This document shows positions 41,910 through 56,666 of a stretch of 64,000 nucleotides of DNA, one piece after another. The position numbers and the translations under genes are program-made. The stretch spans positions 13,823-77,822 of the forward strand of contig CAXHJY010001371.1 of assembly GCA_964016885.1 (NCBI GenBank), given 5' to 3'. The first letter of the stretch is position 1; each line of letters opens with the position of its first letter. Below the pieces are notes generated by a model. The model ran no database searches. It had not been told where the DNA came from and worked only from the letters and a program-made list of their open reading frames with translations. This stretch comes from Eledone cirrhosa (lineage: Eukaryota).

Positions 41910-41930
41910 GGAAGGAGAGAGATAGAGACA
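41717..41930. repeat. (GA)n microsatellite with a short duplicated insert (gagctcgttgatc x2)
   Basis: Seen directly. Confidence 0.95.
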
Positions 41931-42522
41931 GCGTGAGCAACAGCAGTTCATAAATATAAAAATAAATTTTTTTTAAATTTAAATTAATGAATGGAAGAAA
42001 CCGGAAACATAGAGATATAGAAACACGATGTAAGTTGTATATATAAGCTGAATGTAAATGTTTGTTTACAAATATACGAAGTTATTGTAATATCAGCATA
42101 TCACACAAGAAACAACGAAATCCGGTCAAATACAGATAAGATTATACCAAATCAAACAAGATTATATCAAATTAAATTATGTTACTCAGAAAAATCAAAA
42201 TTAATACAAGATCTGCTTAAGTTAAACCAAAATGCTCTGTATGGCAGTCAAGAAAAATAGAAAGCACGTGTGTGTGTTGTCTCCTATGAAGGAATCATAC
42301 AGTGAAAATAAACATGTTCAAAACGGTAATATATGTAAAATATACTTCAAAATAATTGCGTCAAAGCACAAATGTCCTCTGAAGAATTAAAACCATACAT
42401 AAATCCGATTACTGTCGATTTAAAATATTAAAATTTCAAATATGGAGAGACGACAATTCACGTCTTATACCAACAAGTGCCAAGCCTATATATGTATATA
42501 TATATATATATATGTATAGATG

Positions 42523-42614
<92 letters not shown>

Positions 42615-42651
42615 AATATATATACATATATATATATACATCTATATATAC

Positions 42652-42798
<147 letters not shown>

Positions 42799-42843
42799 CA
42801 TATACATATATGTATATATATATATATGTATATAATATATATG

Positions 42844-42884
<41 letters not shown>

Positions 42885-42897
42885 GTATAGATATATG

Positions 42898-42940
<43 letters not shown>

Positions 42941-42980
42941 GTAAATATATATACATATATATATATACATCTATATATAC

Positions 42981-43037
<57 letters not shown>

Positions 43038-43050
43038 CATATATATATAC

Positions 43051-43121
<71 letters not shown>

Positions 43122-43161
43122 TATTTATACATATATATATACATATATATATATATACATT

Positions 43162-44158
43162 ATGTAGATAAATCTACCAAGAGTTTACGGTAGTGTCCAA
43201 TCCGTATGAAGAACTCAATGTATTCCGGATATCATGGAAAGAAGAGATGTAATGAAAAATCACTTTCGGTGAAAGATAAACGGTATACAGAGTCAAGATA
43301 AAATATTAAACAAATAATGAATAAACAATTCCTTATATTAAACAAAAAAAGTTCATTATTTAACGATCGTTTCTAGGATATATATGTGTTAGAATTGGCA
43401 TGCATATTCAACAGATCTATGTACAAAATTATACAAAATTATACAAATTATCAAGATTAAATATACATACCAACACATATATACGCCGTCTTCAGAAATA
43501 ATGAAGTATATTTATTGATAATAACAACAATTCAAAATTTCAGGTCCGTTTGGGAACAAAATTGACCAATGAAAACACAAAGGGTTAAATGCAGTTCGGT
43601 GTGTGTATATACATGTAAAACCCTTACACATATTTTACAAAAATGTATGTATAATTTGTATACGCATACTAAAAGGATGGATGCAAATACAAAATTTCAA
43701 GGTTAATGTCTCTGTAAGTTTATAATGCACAGATAAGATGCGTATTGACACAAGTATGAAATTAAGTATATAAATATATTTTTTCATACTCACACATATC
43801 CGTACAATCACACATACACGCGCGTATATGCATAAATATACACATAACCACGAACATACAAACACACACACACCCCCACTCACATTTATATATGTGGATA
43901 TAAAATCATAAGCACATGGATATTAATTCACTCACATAAAACACTGGCACACACATTTTTAGATCAAGATACAGAAATTAGGTGGGAGGGGGGGGGAGAG
44001 GTCAGTATTCAACGGTCTGAGCAGACTGCCTAATATAGATGTATCTATAAACTAAGAAAATAAAAAAATAAAAAAATAAAAAATAATAAATAAACATTAA
44101 AGAGGAAAGAATAGAAAGAAAAAAGAAACAAGAAAAAAGAAAAAAGAAATATATCAAG

Positions 44159-44218
<60 letters not shown>

Positions 44219-44425
44219 CAAATATATATATACATATACACACACATATATATATAATATACATATATATACACATAGACACACACACACACATACATAA
44301 ATATACACACATATACAAACACATACATACATATACACACATCCACACTAAGAACATACATACACACACATATATAAACATATACATATACACACATACA
44401 TACATATACACATATACATACAAAT

Positions 44426-44480
<55 letters not shown>

Positions 44481-44796
44481 TATGTATATACACGTACATA
44501 TACACACACATATACATATAATCACACATACTATATAGACACACATATATATAACCACACACATACATGCACATATACAACACTTACATACTAATATACA
44601 TACAGATATACACATACATAGCTATATATACACACAAATATATACAGACTTACATATATACATACAGACAAATACTTACGCATCTATATATCGGTATATA
44701 CATACAAACACCACTACACTATCACACAACTTAGAAATACAAAGAGAAAGGTATATACCTATACACACATACATATACAAATAGAAAAACATATAG

Positions 44797-44831
<35 letters not shown>

Positions 44832-45114
44832 TATATATATACATATATATATATAACATATATATATATATATATACACATACATATACACATACACACA
44901 CATACACATACACACACATACATACATGTACACACACATAGAAATATATACGCATACACACATACACACATACATATAAAGACATACACACACAAACAAC
45001 TACACGAACATACACATACACATATATAAAGATATATATATACACACACACACACACACAACACATACACACATACACATATATATAAAAAAAATAAATA
45101 ATAAAGATATATAC

Positions 45115-45165
<51 letters not shown>

Positions 45166-45512
45166 CATATATATATACATACACATACATACACACATAC
45201 ATAGACATACATGTACATACATACACGTACATCGATATACATACATATATATATACACACATAGACATATACATACATACACACACAACTTACATACACA
45301 CATATATATACATGTATATTCATACATAGAATTAGATATATAATCATACATACATATGCACTTACTTATACTCATATATACAAATACATACGCATCCATA
45401 TATGCGTATATACATAAAAACACCACTACAACCTCACCTAACTCAGACATAAAAATAAAAATAAAAAGGCATATGTATATACATATATACACGCATTAAT
45501 AGAGACATATAT

Positions 45513-45558
<46 letters not shown>

Positions 45559-45781
45559 ATTCACATATATATATATATAGATACCCACACACACATACAC
45601 ATACAAACACCCACATATACATATATATACACACGTATATATATATATATATACACACGCATAAAAAACAGACATGCACATATATATATATTTTTTTACA
45701 CTTATATATACACATATTATATACACATACACAACCTCACATATACACACATACACATAAGTTATATTATAATAATAAAAA

Positions 45782-45818
<37 letters not shown>

Positions 45819-45905
45819 CATATATATATATATATACATACATATAAACATATACATACATATATACACACATACGAATATAGACATATATTCACACATA
45901 GACAC

Positions 45906-45944
<39 letters not shown>

Positions 45945-46159
45945 TACATATACACAGACACATATACACACTCACATATATATGTGTGTGCACACACACA
46001 TATATACACACATACACATATATACACATAAACACATATATGTGCATACATGCACACACACACACATATATCACATAGATACGAAGATAGACATATAAAT
46101 AGAGAGACATACATATATATACAACACACATACACACACATACATACACACACACATAC

Positions 46160-46193
<34 letters not shown>

Positions 46194-46201
46194 TTCTATA
46201 T

Positions 46202-46246
<45 letters not shown>

Positions 46247-46754
46247 CATACACATATACATACACACATTCACATACACATACATATATACATGCATATA
46301 TACACATATATACATACATACACACACTCATATATACACACACAATCTTACATTCATATTTGCATGCGCATATATGTATTTTTATATTCAGATATAAATA
46401 CCCAAACCTATATAGACACCTACCTACATATATATTCATACATACACGCTTACAAATACAGATGATAATAGTATGGGGGAAAGGGGGGGTTTGGAGAAGG
46501 GGATCATAGTAAATATATGTTTCAAGAAACATAGAATATTTTCCGTATCTTGATCCAATGTATGTTTTTACATATGTGTTGGTATGTATATTTAATCTTG
46601 ATAATTTGTATAATTTTGTATAATTTTGTACATAGATCTGTTGAATATGCATGCCAATTCTAACACATATATATCCTAGAAACGATCGTTAAATAATGAA
46701 CTTTTTTTGTTTAATATAAGGAATTGTTTATTCATTATTTGTTTAATATTTTAT
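43162..46754 (-). mobile_element. Second family A insertion: 3' region only, with an inverted 3' end at 46573-46754
   Basis: 43162-46574 is colinear with the reverse complement of ~3866-6762, including the tail. 46573-46754 matches ~6434-6628 and ends at the same 'tattttat'. Confidence 0.9.
43352..43505 (-). ncRNA. Type I hammerhead with long stem II (family A, second insertion)
   Basis: Same core and stems as 6411-6565. Confidence 0.78.
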
Positions 46755-46762
46755 ATATATAC

Positions 46763-46799
<37 letters not shown>

Positions 46800-46808
46800 C
46801 ATATATAC

Positions 46809-46841
<33 letters not shown>

Positions 46842-46957
46842 CATATATACATATATATATATACATATATACATATATATATACATATATATATATATAC
46901 ATATATACATATATATATACATATATATACATATATACATATATATATACACATATA

Positions 46958-46991
<34 letters not shown>

Positions 46992-47518
46992 CATATAGAT
47001 ATATATACATATATATACATATAAATATATATATATATACATATATACATATATATATATACATATATATATATACATATATATATATACATATATATAT
47101 ATACATATATATATATACATATATATATACATATATATACCCATATATATACACATATATATACATATATATACATATATATATACATATACATATATAT
47201 ACATATATATACATATACATGTATATACATGTATATATATATATTCATATATATATATATACATATATACATATATATATACATATATATATATATATAC
47301 ACATATACATATATATACACATATACATATATATATATATATACACATATATACATATATACATATATATATATATACACATATACATATATATATATAT
47401 ATACATATATACATATATACACATATATATATACACATATACATATATACATATATACATATATATATATACACATATACATATATATATATACACATAT
47501 ACATATATACATATATAC

Positions 47519-47555
<37 letters not shown>

Positions 47556-47642
47556 CATATACATACATATATACATATATACATATATATACATATACAT
47601 ACATACATATATACATATATATATATATACACATATACATAT

Positions 47643-47673
<31 letters not shown>

Positions 47674-47862
47674 TACATATATATATACATACATATATAT
47701 ACATATATATATACATACATATATATACATATATATATACATATATACATATACATATATATATATATACATATATACATATACATATATATACATATAT
47801 ACATATATATACATATATACATATATATATATACATATATATATATATACATATAAATATAC

Positions 47863-47894
<32 letters not shown>

Positions 47895-47921
47895 ATATAC
47901 ATATATATACATATATACATA

Positions 47922-47952
<31 letters not shown>

Positions 47953-48022
47953 ATACATATATATATATACATATATATATACATATATATATACATATAT
48001 ATATATATACATATAAATATAC

Positions 48023-48054
<32 letters not shown>

Positions 48055-48235
48055 ATTATATACATATATATATATATACATATATATATACATATATATA
48101 TATACATATATATATACATATATATATATACATATATATATATATACATATATATACACATATATATATACACATATATATACATATATATACATATATA
48201 TACATATACATATATATACATATACATATATATAC

Positions 48236-48268
<33 letters not shown>

Positions 48269-48620
48269 CACATATACATATATATACACATATACATATA
48301 TATATATATACACATATACATATATATATATATACACATATATACATATATACATATATATATACACATATACATATATATATATATACACATATATACA
48401 TATATACATATATATATATATACACATATACATATATACATATATACATATATATATATACACATATACATATATATATATACACATATACATATATACA
48501 TATATACATAGATATATACATATATATATTATATACATATACATACATACATATATACATATATATATATACATATACATACATACATATATACATATAT
48601 ATATATACACATATACATAT

Positions 48621-48677
<57 letters not shown>

Positions 48678-48714
48678 CATATATATACATATATATATAC
48701 ATACATATATATAC

Positions 48715-48765
<51 letters not shown>

Positions 48766-48790
48766 CACATATATATATATATACATATAC

Positions 48791-48855
<65 letters not shown>

Positions 48856-48940
48856 CATCTATATATACATATATATATATATACATATATATATATATCT
48901 ATATATACATATATATATATATATATACATATATATATAC

Positions 48941-48971
<31 letters not shown>

Positions 48972-48978
48972 CATATAT
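46755..48978. repeat. Compound (TA)n/(TACA) microsatellite array
   Basis: Seen directly. Confidence 0.97.
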
Positions 48979-49130
48979 GCAAAGTTTTATTTAAATTGTT
49001 GGGTTAACAACGAGTAAATATTTATAACTGATATAAAAGCACTCAACAAGTATTTGGAGTATATTTACGATATTAAATAAATGGAAACTATATTTATAAA
49101 ACCATATTTATTTCATTATATATATTTCAG

Positions 49131-49312
49131 CGGTAGATTGGCAGTATCGGTAGAGGGTCGGACGCCATGCTTTCCAGCAAAGTTACGACCCTTTACGATC
49201 TGAGTTCAAATCCCGCCGAGGTTGACTTTGCCTTTCATCCTTACGGGGTCGATAAAATAAAGTACCAGTAATGCACTGGGTAATTGTTGGCCTTATGCCT
49301 AAAGTAGAAACA
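49131..49312 (+). mobile_element. tRNA-derived SINE with a Nin/Deu-type core; 16-bp target-site duplication
   Basis: A-box-like tggcagtatcgg, B-box gagttcaaatcc, core gcctttcatccttacggggtcgataaaataaagtacc. TSD attatatatatttcag at 49115-49130 and 49313-49328. Confidence 0.88.
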
Positions 49313-49606
49313 ATTATATATATTTCAGGAATATCATATTAAAAATATGTTATGCCTTCTTCAGACAAAATACAATATAAACAGTCTTATAAATAGATAG
49401 ATTCGACATACCTTTCAACTTCGACTTCTATTTGAAAAGTTGATTTGGTAGTGGAAAAAATATTAGGGACAGTTATAAAAAGAAAGAAAGAAAAACGAAG
49501 AAAAAGAAGAAATGCATGCAACTAAATAGAGAGAGATAGATATAGAGAGATATATAGAGAGAAGAAATTCATGTAAAGAAACAGAGAGAGGAAAAAAACA
49601 CAGAGG

Positions 49607-49658
<52 letters not shown>

Positions 49659-50216
49659 GAGAGAGAGAGAGAGAGAAAATATAGAGAGATAGATATAGAT
49701 CGAGATAGAGAGAAAGAAAATAGGTAGTTGTGCACCAGTTGAATGACGTATCAATGATATATTTATTTATTTATTTATTTATTTAGCTCTAGTATTAATG
49801 TAGAGAGAGATATATGTGGTTAAGAGAGAAAACAGCCGTTACATAGAGAGAAAAGAAAAGAAAAATATCCAGACAAAAACGAGGCAGATTTAAAACACTA
49901 TGTTTCATCAATGTAAAAAATACCAATTCGTATAAAACAGGCATTATAATGTAAATATCAGTATTCATGAATGAGACACGTATCAATAATGTGTGAAAAA
50001 TAATGAGCATATGTCTAGTTTAAAATTCATAGGTTTGTATTAGAGTTGAGATAAAATAGAAGGTTATCCCAGATTTTATACTATATACATCCATGTGAAT
50101 TTACGTGATCAGCTCTGCAAATTCCTATTTCACACGAAAACATTCTCATTGTGCTATAAAAATTCTAGTATACATATATGTGTACATACACACAAATATA
50201 TATAGAGTCTACATTA

Positions 50217-50392
50217 TGGCAGTATCAGTAGAGGGTCGGAAGCCATGCTTTTCAACATAGTTACGTCCCTTTACGATCTGAGTTCAAATCCCGCCGAGGT
50301 TGACTTTGCCTTTCATCCTTACGGGGTCGATAAAATAAAGTACCAGTAATGCACTGGGTAATTGCTGGCCTTGTGCCTAAAGTAGAAACAAT
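50217..50392 (+). mobile_element. Second copy of the same SINE
   Basis: Highly similar to 49140-49312. Confidence 0.85.
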
Positions 50393-50946
50393 TAATTTTA
50401 ACAATACTATTCATGTCTTTACTCTACATGATTATCGTTCAAGCATAAATAGAGAACAGATATCAATATATCAATAAAAATAAAAATATCAGAAACAAAA
50501 AGTAAATAAAAAACAAAAAAATCAAAAAAGTACAAAAAAATACAAAAAAATATTAAAAATAAAAATATTAAAAATATTAAAAATATTAAAATAAAAATAA
50601 AACATAGTATGCCCCGCAAATCAACCACAGAGATCAACCCTTCAAAGTTAATTGACAATATATTGCCAAGTTCGTTATAAGCATCAGAATCACAAGCAAA
50701 CAAAACCAAAAATTATTTACCAAATCCTGTCTAGCAGAAAACATTCCAAAAGTTTAGGATACCCATTTGACCTACAGATGGTCTTATATTTAATATAGAA
50801 GTTTATCTAGTGTAAAATGTATTCGATATATTTGGAGCATCAGCTTTTAGGGTAGTTTAATTATTCATGAAGAATGTTTAAAATAAAAAGGAATCGAAAG
50901 ATTTATCGGCGAGTTTCATAAATAATTATAAATCAAATTAAATATA

Positions 50947-51733
50947 CTACATTTTAAATTTATATTTATATTTAAAAGTTGAGTTCAATCTATGTCTGCA
51001 GCAACTGAATAAATTTGTCCGTAAATTAAGGGAATTTTTAGATTTTAGTATAAAGAATATTTCCTCCGCGCAGAGGTCACATGTCTCAGAGGATGAATTA
51101 AAAGGAATCCCTCTTGAGACTATATTCCAAGCCGTTGAATATCCAACGTTATCATGCCTAAGTTGCCAGAGTAGGCCTGATAGTGATGTTGAGGATTTTT
51201 TGCTTGGATCTGTGAAAGAATTCTTGTGGTTATTATAGCGAAGTTTAAATTCTGTTGAGGTGGAACAAACATAGTTAAAAGAATTTAAGTCCGTTTTAAC
51301 ATTACAGTTGTATATTATATTTTTAACTAAGCAATTGTTATTTAACGGACATTTAGATCTATCTCTACAGTTACATTTGTTAACTTGGATATTATTTATG
51401 CTATTCTCGGTATTTTTGCTAGGTTTTAAATTCCTATTATTTATTCTATTAATATTTTGTGCTAAATTTTTGGTGGATGAGTAGGTTAATTTTATAGTAT
51501 GTCTATTGAAAATTGAGTGATACCTATGTGTTCTAGGGAAGCGATTATCAAGAGCATTGAAAAATAGTTTAGCGATGTGGGTTTTAATGTTTAGTGAGAA
51601 AGGGGGCCAAACCATATTATATTCCTAGTTCTATTTCTTTTTTGGCTTTTGGAATTATTGTAATGCTTTCTATTATAGTTGTTAAAGTTGTTGCCGTAAT
51701 TAAAATTGTTGTTATTTTGGTTAGTTTGTCTAT
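50947..51733 (-). pseudogene. Hydra-like PLE linker + GIY-YIG fragment (frameshift near 51605; YIG changed to YVC)
   Basis: PPFSLNIKT, HRYHSIFNRHTIKLTYS, CNCRDRSKCPLNNNCL, IIY, FKLRYNNH, CDLCAEE, CCRH. Confidence 0.88.
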
Positions 51734-51805
51734 ATCAACTTTTCAAATAGAAGTCGAAGCTGAAAGGTATGTTGAATCTATCTATTTATAAGACTGTTTA
51801 TATTG

Positions 51806-51871
51806 TATTTTGTCTGAAGAAGGCATAACATATTTTTAATATGATATCCCTGAAATATATATAATGAAATA
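51806..51871 (+). ncRNA. Type I hammerhead ribozyme (family D, inverted arm)
   Basis: tattttgt-CTGAAGA-agg...ccct-GAAA-TATATA-TA-atgaaata. Confidence 0.82.
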
Positions 51872-51921
51872 AATATGGTTTTATAAATATAGTTTCCATT
51901 TATTTAATATCGTATATATAC

Positions 51922-51952
<31 letters not shown>

Positions 51953-52044
51953 CATATATATATATGTATATATATATATATGTATATATATATATGTATA
52001 TATTTATATATATATATGTATATATATATATGTATATATATATG

Positions 52045-52108
<64 letters not shown>

Positions 52109-52290
52109 CATATATATATATACATCTATATATACATATATATATATACATATTAGAAAGTGAGGTTTTTTTTACAAAATGAAAAATAACCGAGGTGTCC
52201 TACACGAGTGGAAGTATAAAGAAAAAGGGATGAAATCGAAAATGCAACTGAAGTCTTATTTTTTTTTTAAATATATATATTTATTTGGTT

Positions 52291-52328
52291 CCTTTACCGG
52301 TTTCGCAGTTCTTCTGCTTTTCAAAAGG
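52291..52328 (-). ncRNA. Minimal hammerhead, U3-A8 variant
   Basis: cctt-TTGAAAA-gcag aagaa ctgc-GAAA-CCGG-TA-aagg. Confidence 0.78.
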
Positions 52329-52423
52329 TGAGTTGAGATGGAGGGTCTGTGGTTTTTCCCACATTTGTGGTTTTTCTCACATCACAGATGTGAGAAAAAC
52401 CACAGACCCTCCATCTCAACTCA

Positions 52424-52461
52424 CCTTTTGAAAAGTAGAAGAACTGCGAAACCGGTAAAGG
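52424..52461 (+). ncRNA. Minimal hammerhead, U3-A8 variant
   Basis: cctt-TTGAAAA-gtag aagaa ctgc-GAAA-CCGG-TA-aagg. Confidence 0.75.
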
Positions 52462-52533
52462 AACCAAATAAATATATATATTTTTTAAAAAAATAAGACT
52501 TCAGTTGCATTTTCGATTTCATCCCTTTTTCTT

Positions 52534-52639
<106 letters not shown>

Positions 52640-52652
52640 CATATATATATAC

Positions 52653-52709
<57 letters not shown>

Positions 52710-52734
52710 CATATATATACATATATATATATAC

Positions 52735-52783
<49 letters not shown>

Positions 52784-52798
52784 CATATATATATATAC

Positions 52799-52868
<70 letters not shown>

Positions 52869-53294
52869 TTATATACATATATATATATATATACATATAC
52901 ATATATTTATATACATATATACATATATATATATACATATATACATATATATATATACATATATATATACATATATATATATACATATATATATATACAT
53001 ATATATATACATATATATATATATACATATATATATACATATATATATATATACACATATACATATATATACACATATAGATATATATATACACATATAC
53101 ATATATATATACACATATATACATATATACATATATATATATATATACACATATACTTATATATATATATATACACATATATACATATATATATATATAC
53201 ACATATACATATATACATATATACATATGTATATATATACACATATAGATATATATATATACACATATACATATATACATATATACATATATAC

Positions 53295-53325
<31 letters not shown>

Positions 53326-53333
53326 CATATACA

Positions 53334-53369
<36 letters not shown>

Positions 53370-53406
53370 TATACATACATAGATATATACATATATATAT
53401 ACACAT

Positions 53407-53455
<49 letters not shown>

Positions 53456-53462
<7 letters not shown>

Positions 53463-54437
53463 GATCTACCACCACATCGTTTAAATCTCGCTGGTACCGT
53501 CATCGATTCTCAATCAAACATCAGAATCACCGTTTTGTGACCACGCTCGCCAACAAGACCTGGCAACTCCGTGAACACAACCAACAGTTCACCTTAAAAT
53601 GGGATATACTTTCCAGCGCAAATGCATATCGGAGTGGTTTGAAGTACTGCAGGTTATGTAACCTTGAGCTATTTTACATACTAAAATCCAAAAACAAACT
53701 ACTTAACGATAGAATTGAACGATCATTATACTGCAACCACAAACTAAAAGCTAAATTCTCTCACTATAAAATAACTTAACATTCGAACCCGTAACTACAA
53801 CACCACTTTCTAGCTAACAACCTTCTCTTCTCCCCCACACTACAAGACAATACACTGCTTATCACTATACATGGTAACTCAGTACAATTCCTAGATTACT
53901 ACTACAAAACCAAAAGTTCACTCACCACATATACTTTATCTGTCCCCTCTCTACCTATATATCTCTCTCTACATCCATTACACTCTCTCTCTCTCACCTT
54001 TGACCTACCTCCCTCTCAACATCTATGAACTTGACCTCTGGGGCAATAAATAATTCCGACCTCAACTATCTACGCATCTCTCCAAAAGTAACTAATAAAA
54101 CCCCTACCATAACATTTTGATTAAGATATCTACAAGCCACTCTCTCCTACTTCTCCAACCCCTGCATATCTTTCCTTCTCTCTCCATCTTCCCTACTTTT
54201 CTCTCTTCCTGTTCCACTCTATCTTCCCCAACAACCCCACTTAAGGGTTTTTACATTGTATATTTACCATTCTGCTCTGAGGAAACAGTGGTCACAGCAT
54301 TGGATATTCGAGTTCTGCAAATACTTGTGAATTTGCACGTAGCGGAACTAGGCGGCAGTACCACCGTGGAAACACTTGTAAGCACACGGAATAAACTACC
54401 TTTTTATGATGTCTACCTGTTATTATTCATTCTTTAT
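53456..54437 (+). mobile_element. 5'-truncated Hydra-like PLE, family F (GIY-YIG C-terminal half 53456-53779, 3'UTR and HHR)
   Basis: [16 protein letters not shown]...[10 protein letters not shown]...LKWDIL...[13 protein letters not shown]...LLNDR...CNHK. Confidence 0.87.
54269..54392 (+). ncRNA. Type I hammerhead with ~85-nt stem II domain
   Basis: attctgct-CTGAGGA-[acagtggt...accaccgt]-GAAA-CACTTG-TA-agca(cacg)gaat. Confidence 0.72.
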
Positions 54438-54499
54438 ATATATATACATATATATATACATACATATATATACATATATATATACATACATATATATAC

Positions 54500-54555
<56 letters not shown>

Positions 54556-54654
54556 TTACATATATATATATATATCTACATATATATATATATATATATA
54601 TACATATATATACATATATATATATATATATACATATATATCTATATATACATA

Positions 54655-54686
<32 letters not shown>

Positions 54687-54687
54687 C

Positions 54688-54741
<54 letters not shown>

Positions 54742-55185
54742 GCAAAAGTTTTATTTAAAATTGTTGGGTTACAATGAGTAAATATTTTATAACTGATATA
54801 AAAGCACTCAACAGGTTTTGGAGTATTTTACGATATTAAACAAATGGAAACTACATTTATAAAACCATATTTATTTCATTATATATATTTCAGGGATATC
54901 ATATTAAAAATACGGTATGCCCTCTTCAGACAAAATACAATATATAAACAGTTTTATAAATAAATTTGACATACCTTAAAATTTTACAACTTCCATTTAA
55001 AAAGTTGTTATGGCAGTGAAAATGTTAAGGACAGTTAGAGACGGAGAGAAAAAAAGAAAGAAAGTTTATAGTGCTAAGGAAGTTAGAGAGGAAGGTGAAG
55101 AGGATGAAGAAATGTATGTAAAGAAAAAACCACAGAGCGATATAGAGAGAGATATGGGAGAGAGAAATATTGAGGAGGTGAAAAT

Positions 55186-55224
<39 letters not shown>

Positions 55225-56054
55225 TAGTGTTAAGGATACGGAGAGAAATAAAAATAAAAATAAATAAAGAGAGGTAGAAAGAGATATATGGTGGGAGAAA
55301 AGATGTAGATCGAGTAATATCTATCATACGAGGTGGGAGAGATAGATACTCTGGGGAGTGAGGTATTCTTGGCGTTTTTAATATTTTTAATATATTGATA
55401 TCTGTTCTATTCTATGCTTGAACGATAATCATGTAAGAGAGGGCAAGAATATTATTATTATTATTAATGATGTATATTTTATGTATATATATATGTATGT
55501 ACATATATGTATGGTAAAATCTTTTGTAACGCAATGAAGATTTTCATGTTAAATAAAAATTTACAGAGATGATCACGTAAACTCACATGTGTCTATAATG
55601 TCAATTTGAATTTGAGATAACCTTCTTCATTTTTTCTTTTTCTTTTTTCATGAAAATACATATATGCTTATGTATTTCAGTATCTTTTTGAAGTTTTATC
55701 TCAGATTTTTATTATAAACCTAAGAATTTTAAACTAAACATATAGTCATTATTTTTTCACATATTATTGATATGTGTCTCATTCATGAATATTGATATTT
55801 ACATTATAATTCATAAGAATTGATAGACTAATGAAACATAATATTTTAAAACTATCATCTTTATTTCTGAATATATCTCTTCTCCTCCTCCCTCTACACT
55901 TGACGGGACTTATGTATCGGCTGTTTTAACTGTATCTCACCCCTCCCCTATCTCTCCCACCTCGTATGATAGATATTACTCGATCTACATCTTTTCTCCC
56001 ACCACATATATCTCTTTCTACCTCTCTTTATTTATTTTTATTTTTATTTCTCTC
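54742..56054 (-). mobile_element. Second family D insertion: tail and 3' region, with an internal inversion
   Basis: 54742-55030 resembles 48979-49470 without the SINE. ~55370-55860 resembles the reverse complement of ~49880-50480. Inverted repeat at 55243-55344 / 55948-56054. Confidence 0.75.
54872..54937 (-). ncRNA. Type I hammerhead ribozyme (family D)
   Basis: tattttgt-CTGAAGA-ggg...ccct-GAAA-TATATA-TA-atgaaata. Confidence 0.82.
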
Positions 56055-56332
56055 ATGACTGACCCCCCACTGATCTTATAGACATCTGTTAGCTTAAGAG
56101 AAACTTAATGACAAGGAATGGTATGCCATCCGGAACCTGTTTATAGAATTCTGTCTGCCTTTGTTACTCTAAAAACAAAAATTAATAATAATAAAAATAA
56201 ACTATAGCTTTGTAGAATTAGCTTTTAATGAATTCCCTTTTCTATCAACCAATGACCTACACCCATCCCACCCCCCACCCTCTGCTACCACTTGTAGAGA
56301 CCTATAAATACCATATTTATTTTTTGATACCC

Positions 56333-56383
56333 AGATTCCTGATGATTTCTAAAGAATGAAACAGTTCTAGTCCTGTAGAATCT
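56333..56383 (+). ncRNA. Type I hammerhead at the end of an unassigned fragment (56055-56398)
   Basis: agattc-CTGATGA-tttc taaa gaat-GAAA-CAG ttctagtc CTG-TA-gaatct. Confidence 0.82.
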
Positions 56384-56395
56384 CATCTATATTAA

Positions 56396-56460
<65 letters not shown>

Positions 56461-56523
56461 TATATACATACATATATATACATATATATATACATACATA
56501 TATATACATATATATACATATAC

Positions 56524-56554
<31 letters not shown>

Positions 56555-56611
56555 CATATATAAAATAAAGTTAAATAAAAGTCAAATGATTAAAATTTAG
56601 CTTCGTTTATT

Positions 56612-56666
56612 ACTGCTATATATATTTCAGTGACAGCCATCTTTGGCTGTGACCTCTTCAGGCAGT
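56612..56666 (-). ncRNA. Type I hammerhead ribozyme (family G, left arm)
   Basis: actgc-CTGAAGA-ggtcacagcca aaga tggctgtcact-GAAA-TATATA-TA-gcagt. Confidence 0.88.

Larger units (their letters stand above)
48979..51914 (-). mobile_element. PLE family D (Hydra-like), 5'-truncated, with an inverted 3' end at 51734-51914
   Basis: GIY-YIG fragment, ~2-kb 3' region and tail at 48979-49065. 51734-51914 is the reverse complement of 49066-49444 without the SINE. Confidence 0.88.

Noticed and set aside
42371-42420. CTGAAGA motif upstream of the LINE
   Set aside because: There is no GAAA core and no stem I partner, so it is at best a heavily decayed HHR. 41940-42487 is left unassigned.
49131-49215. 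tRNA gene
   Set aside because: Only A/B-box remnants are present as a SINE head, with no cloverleaf.
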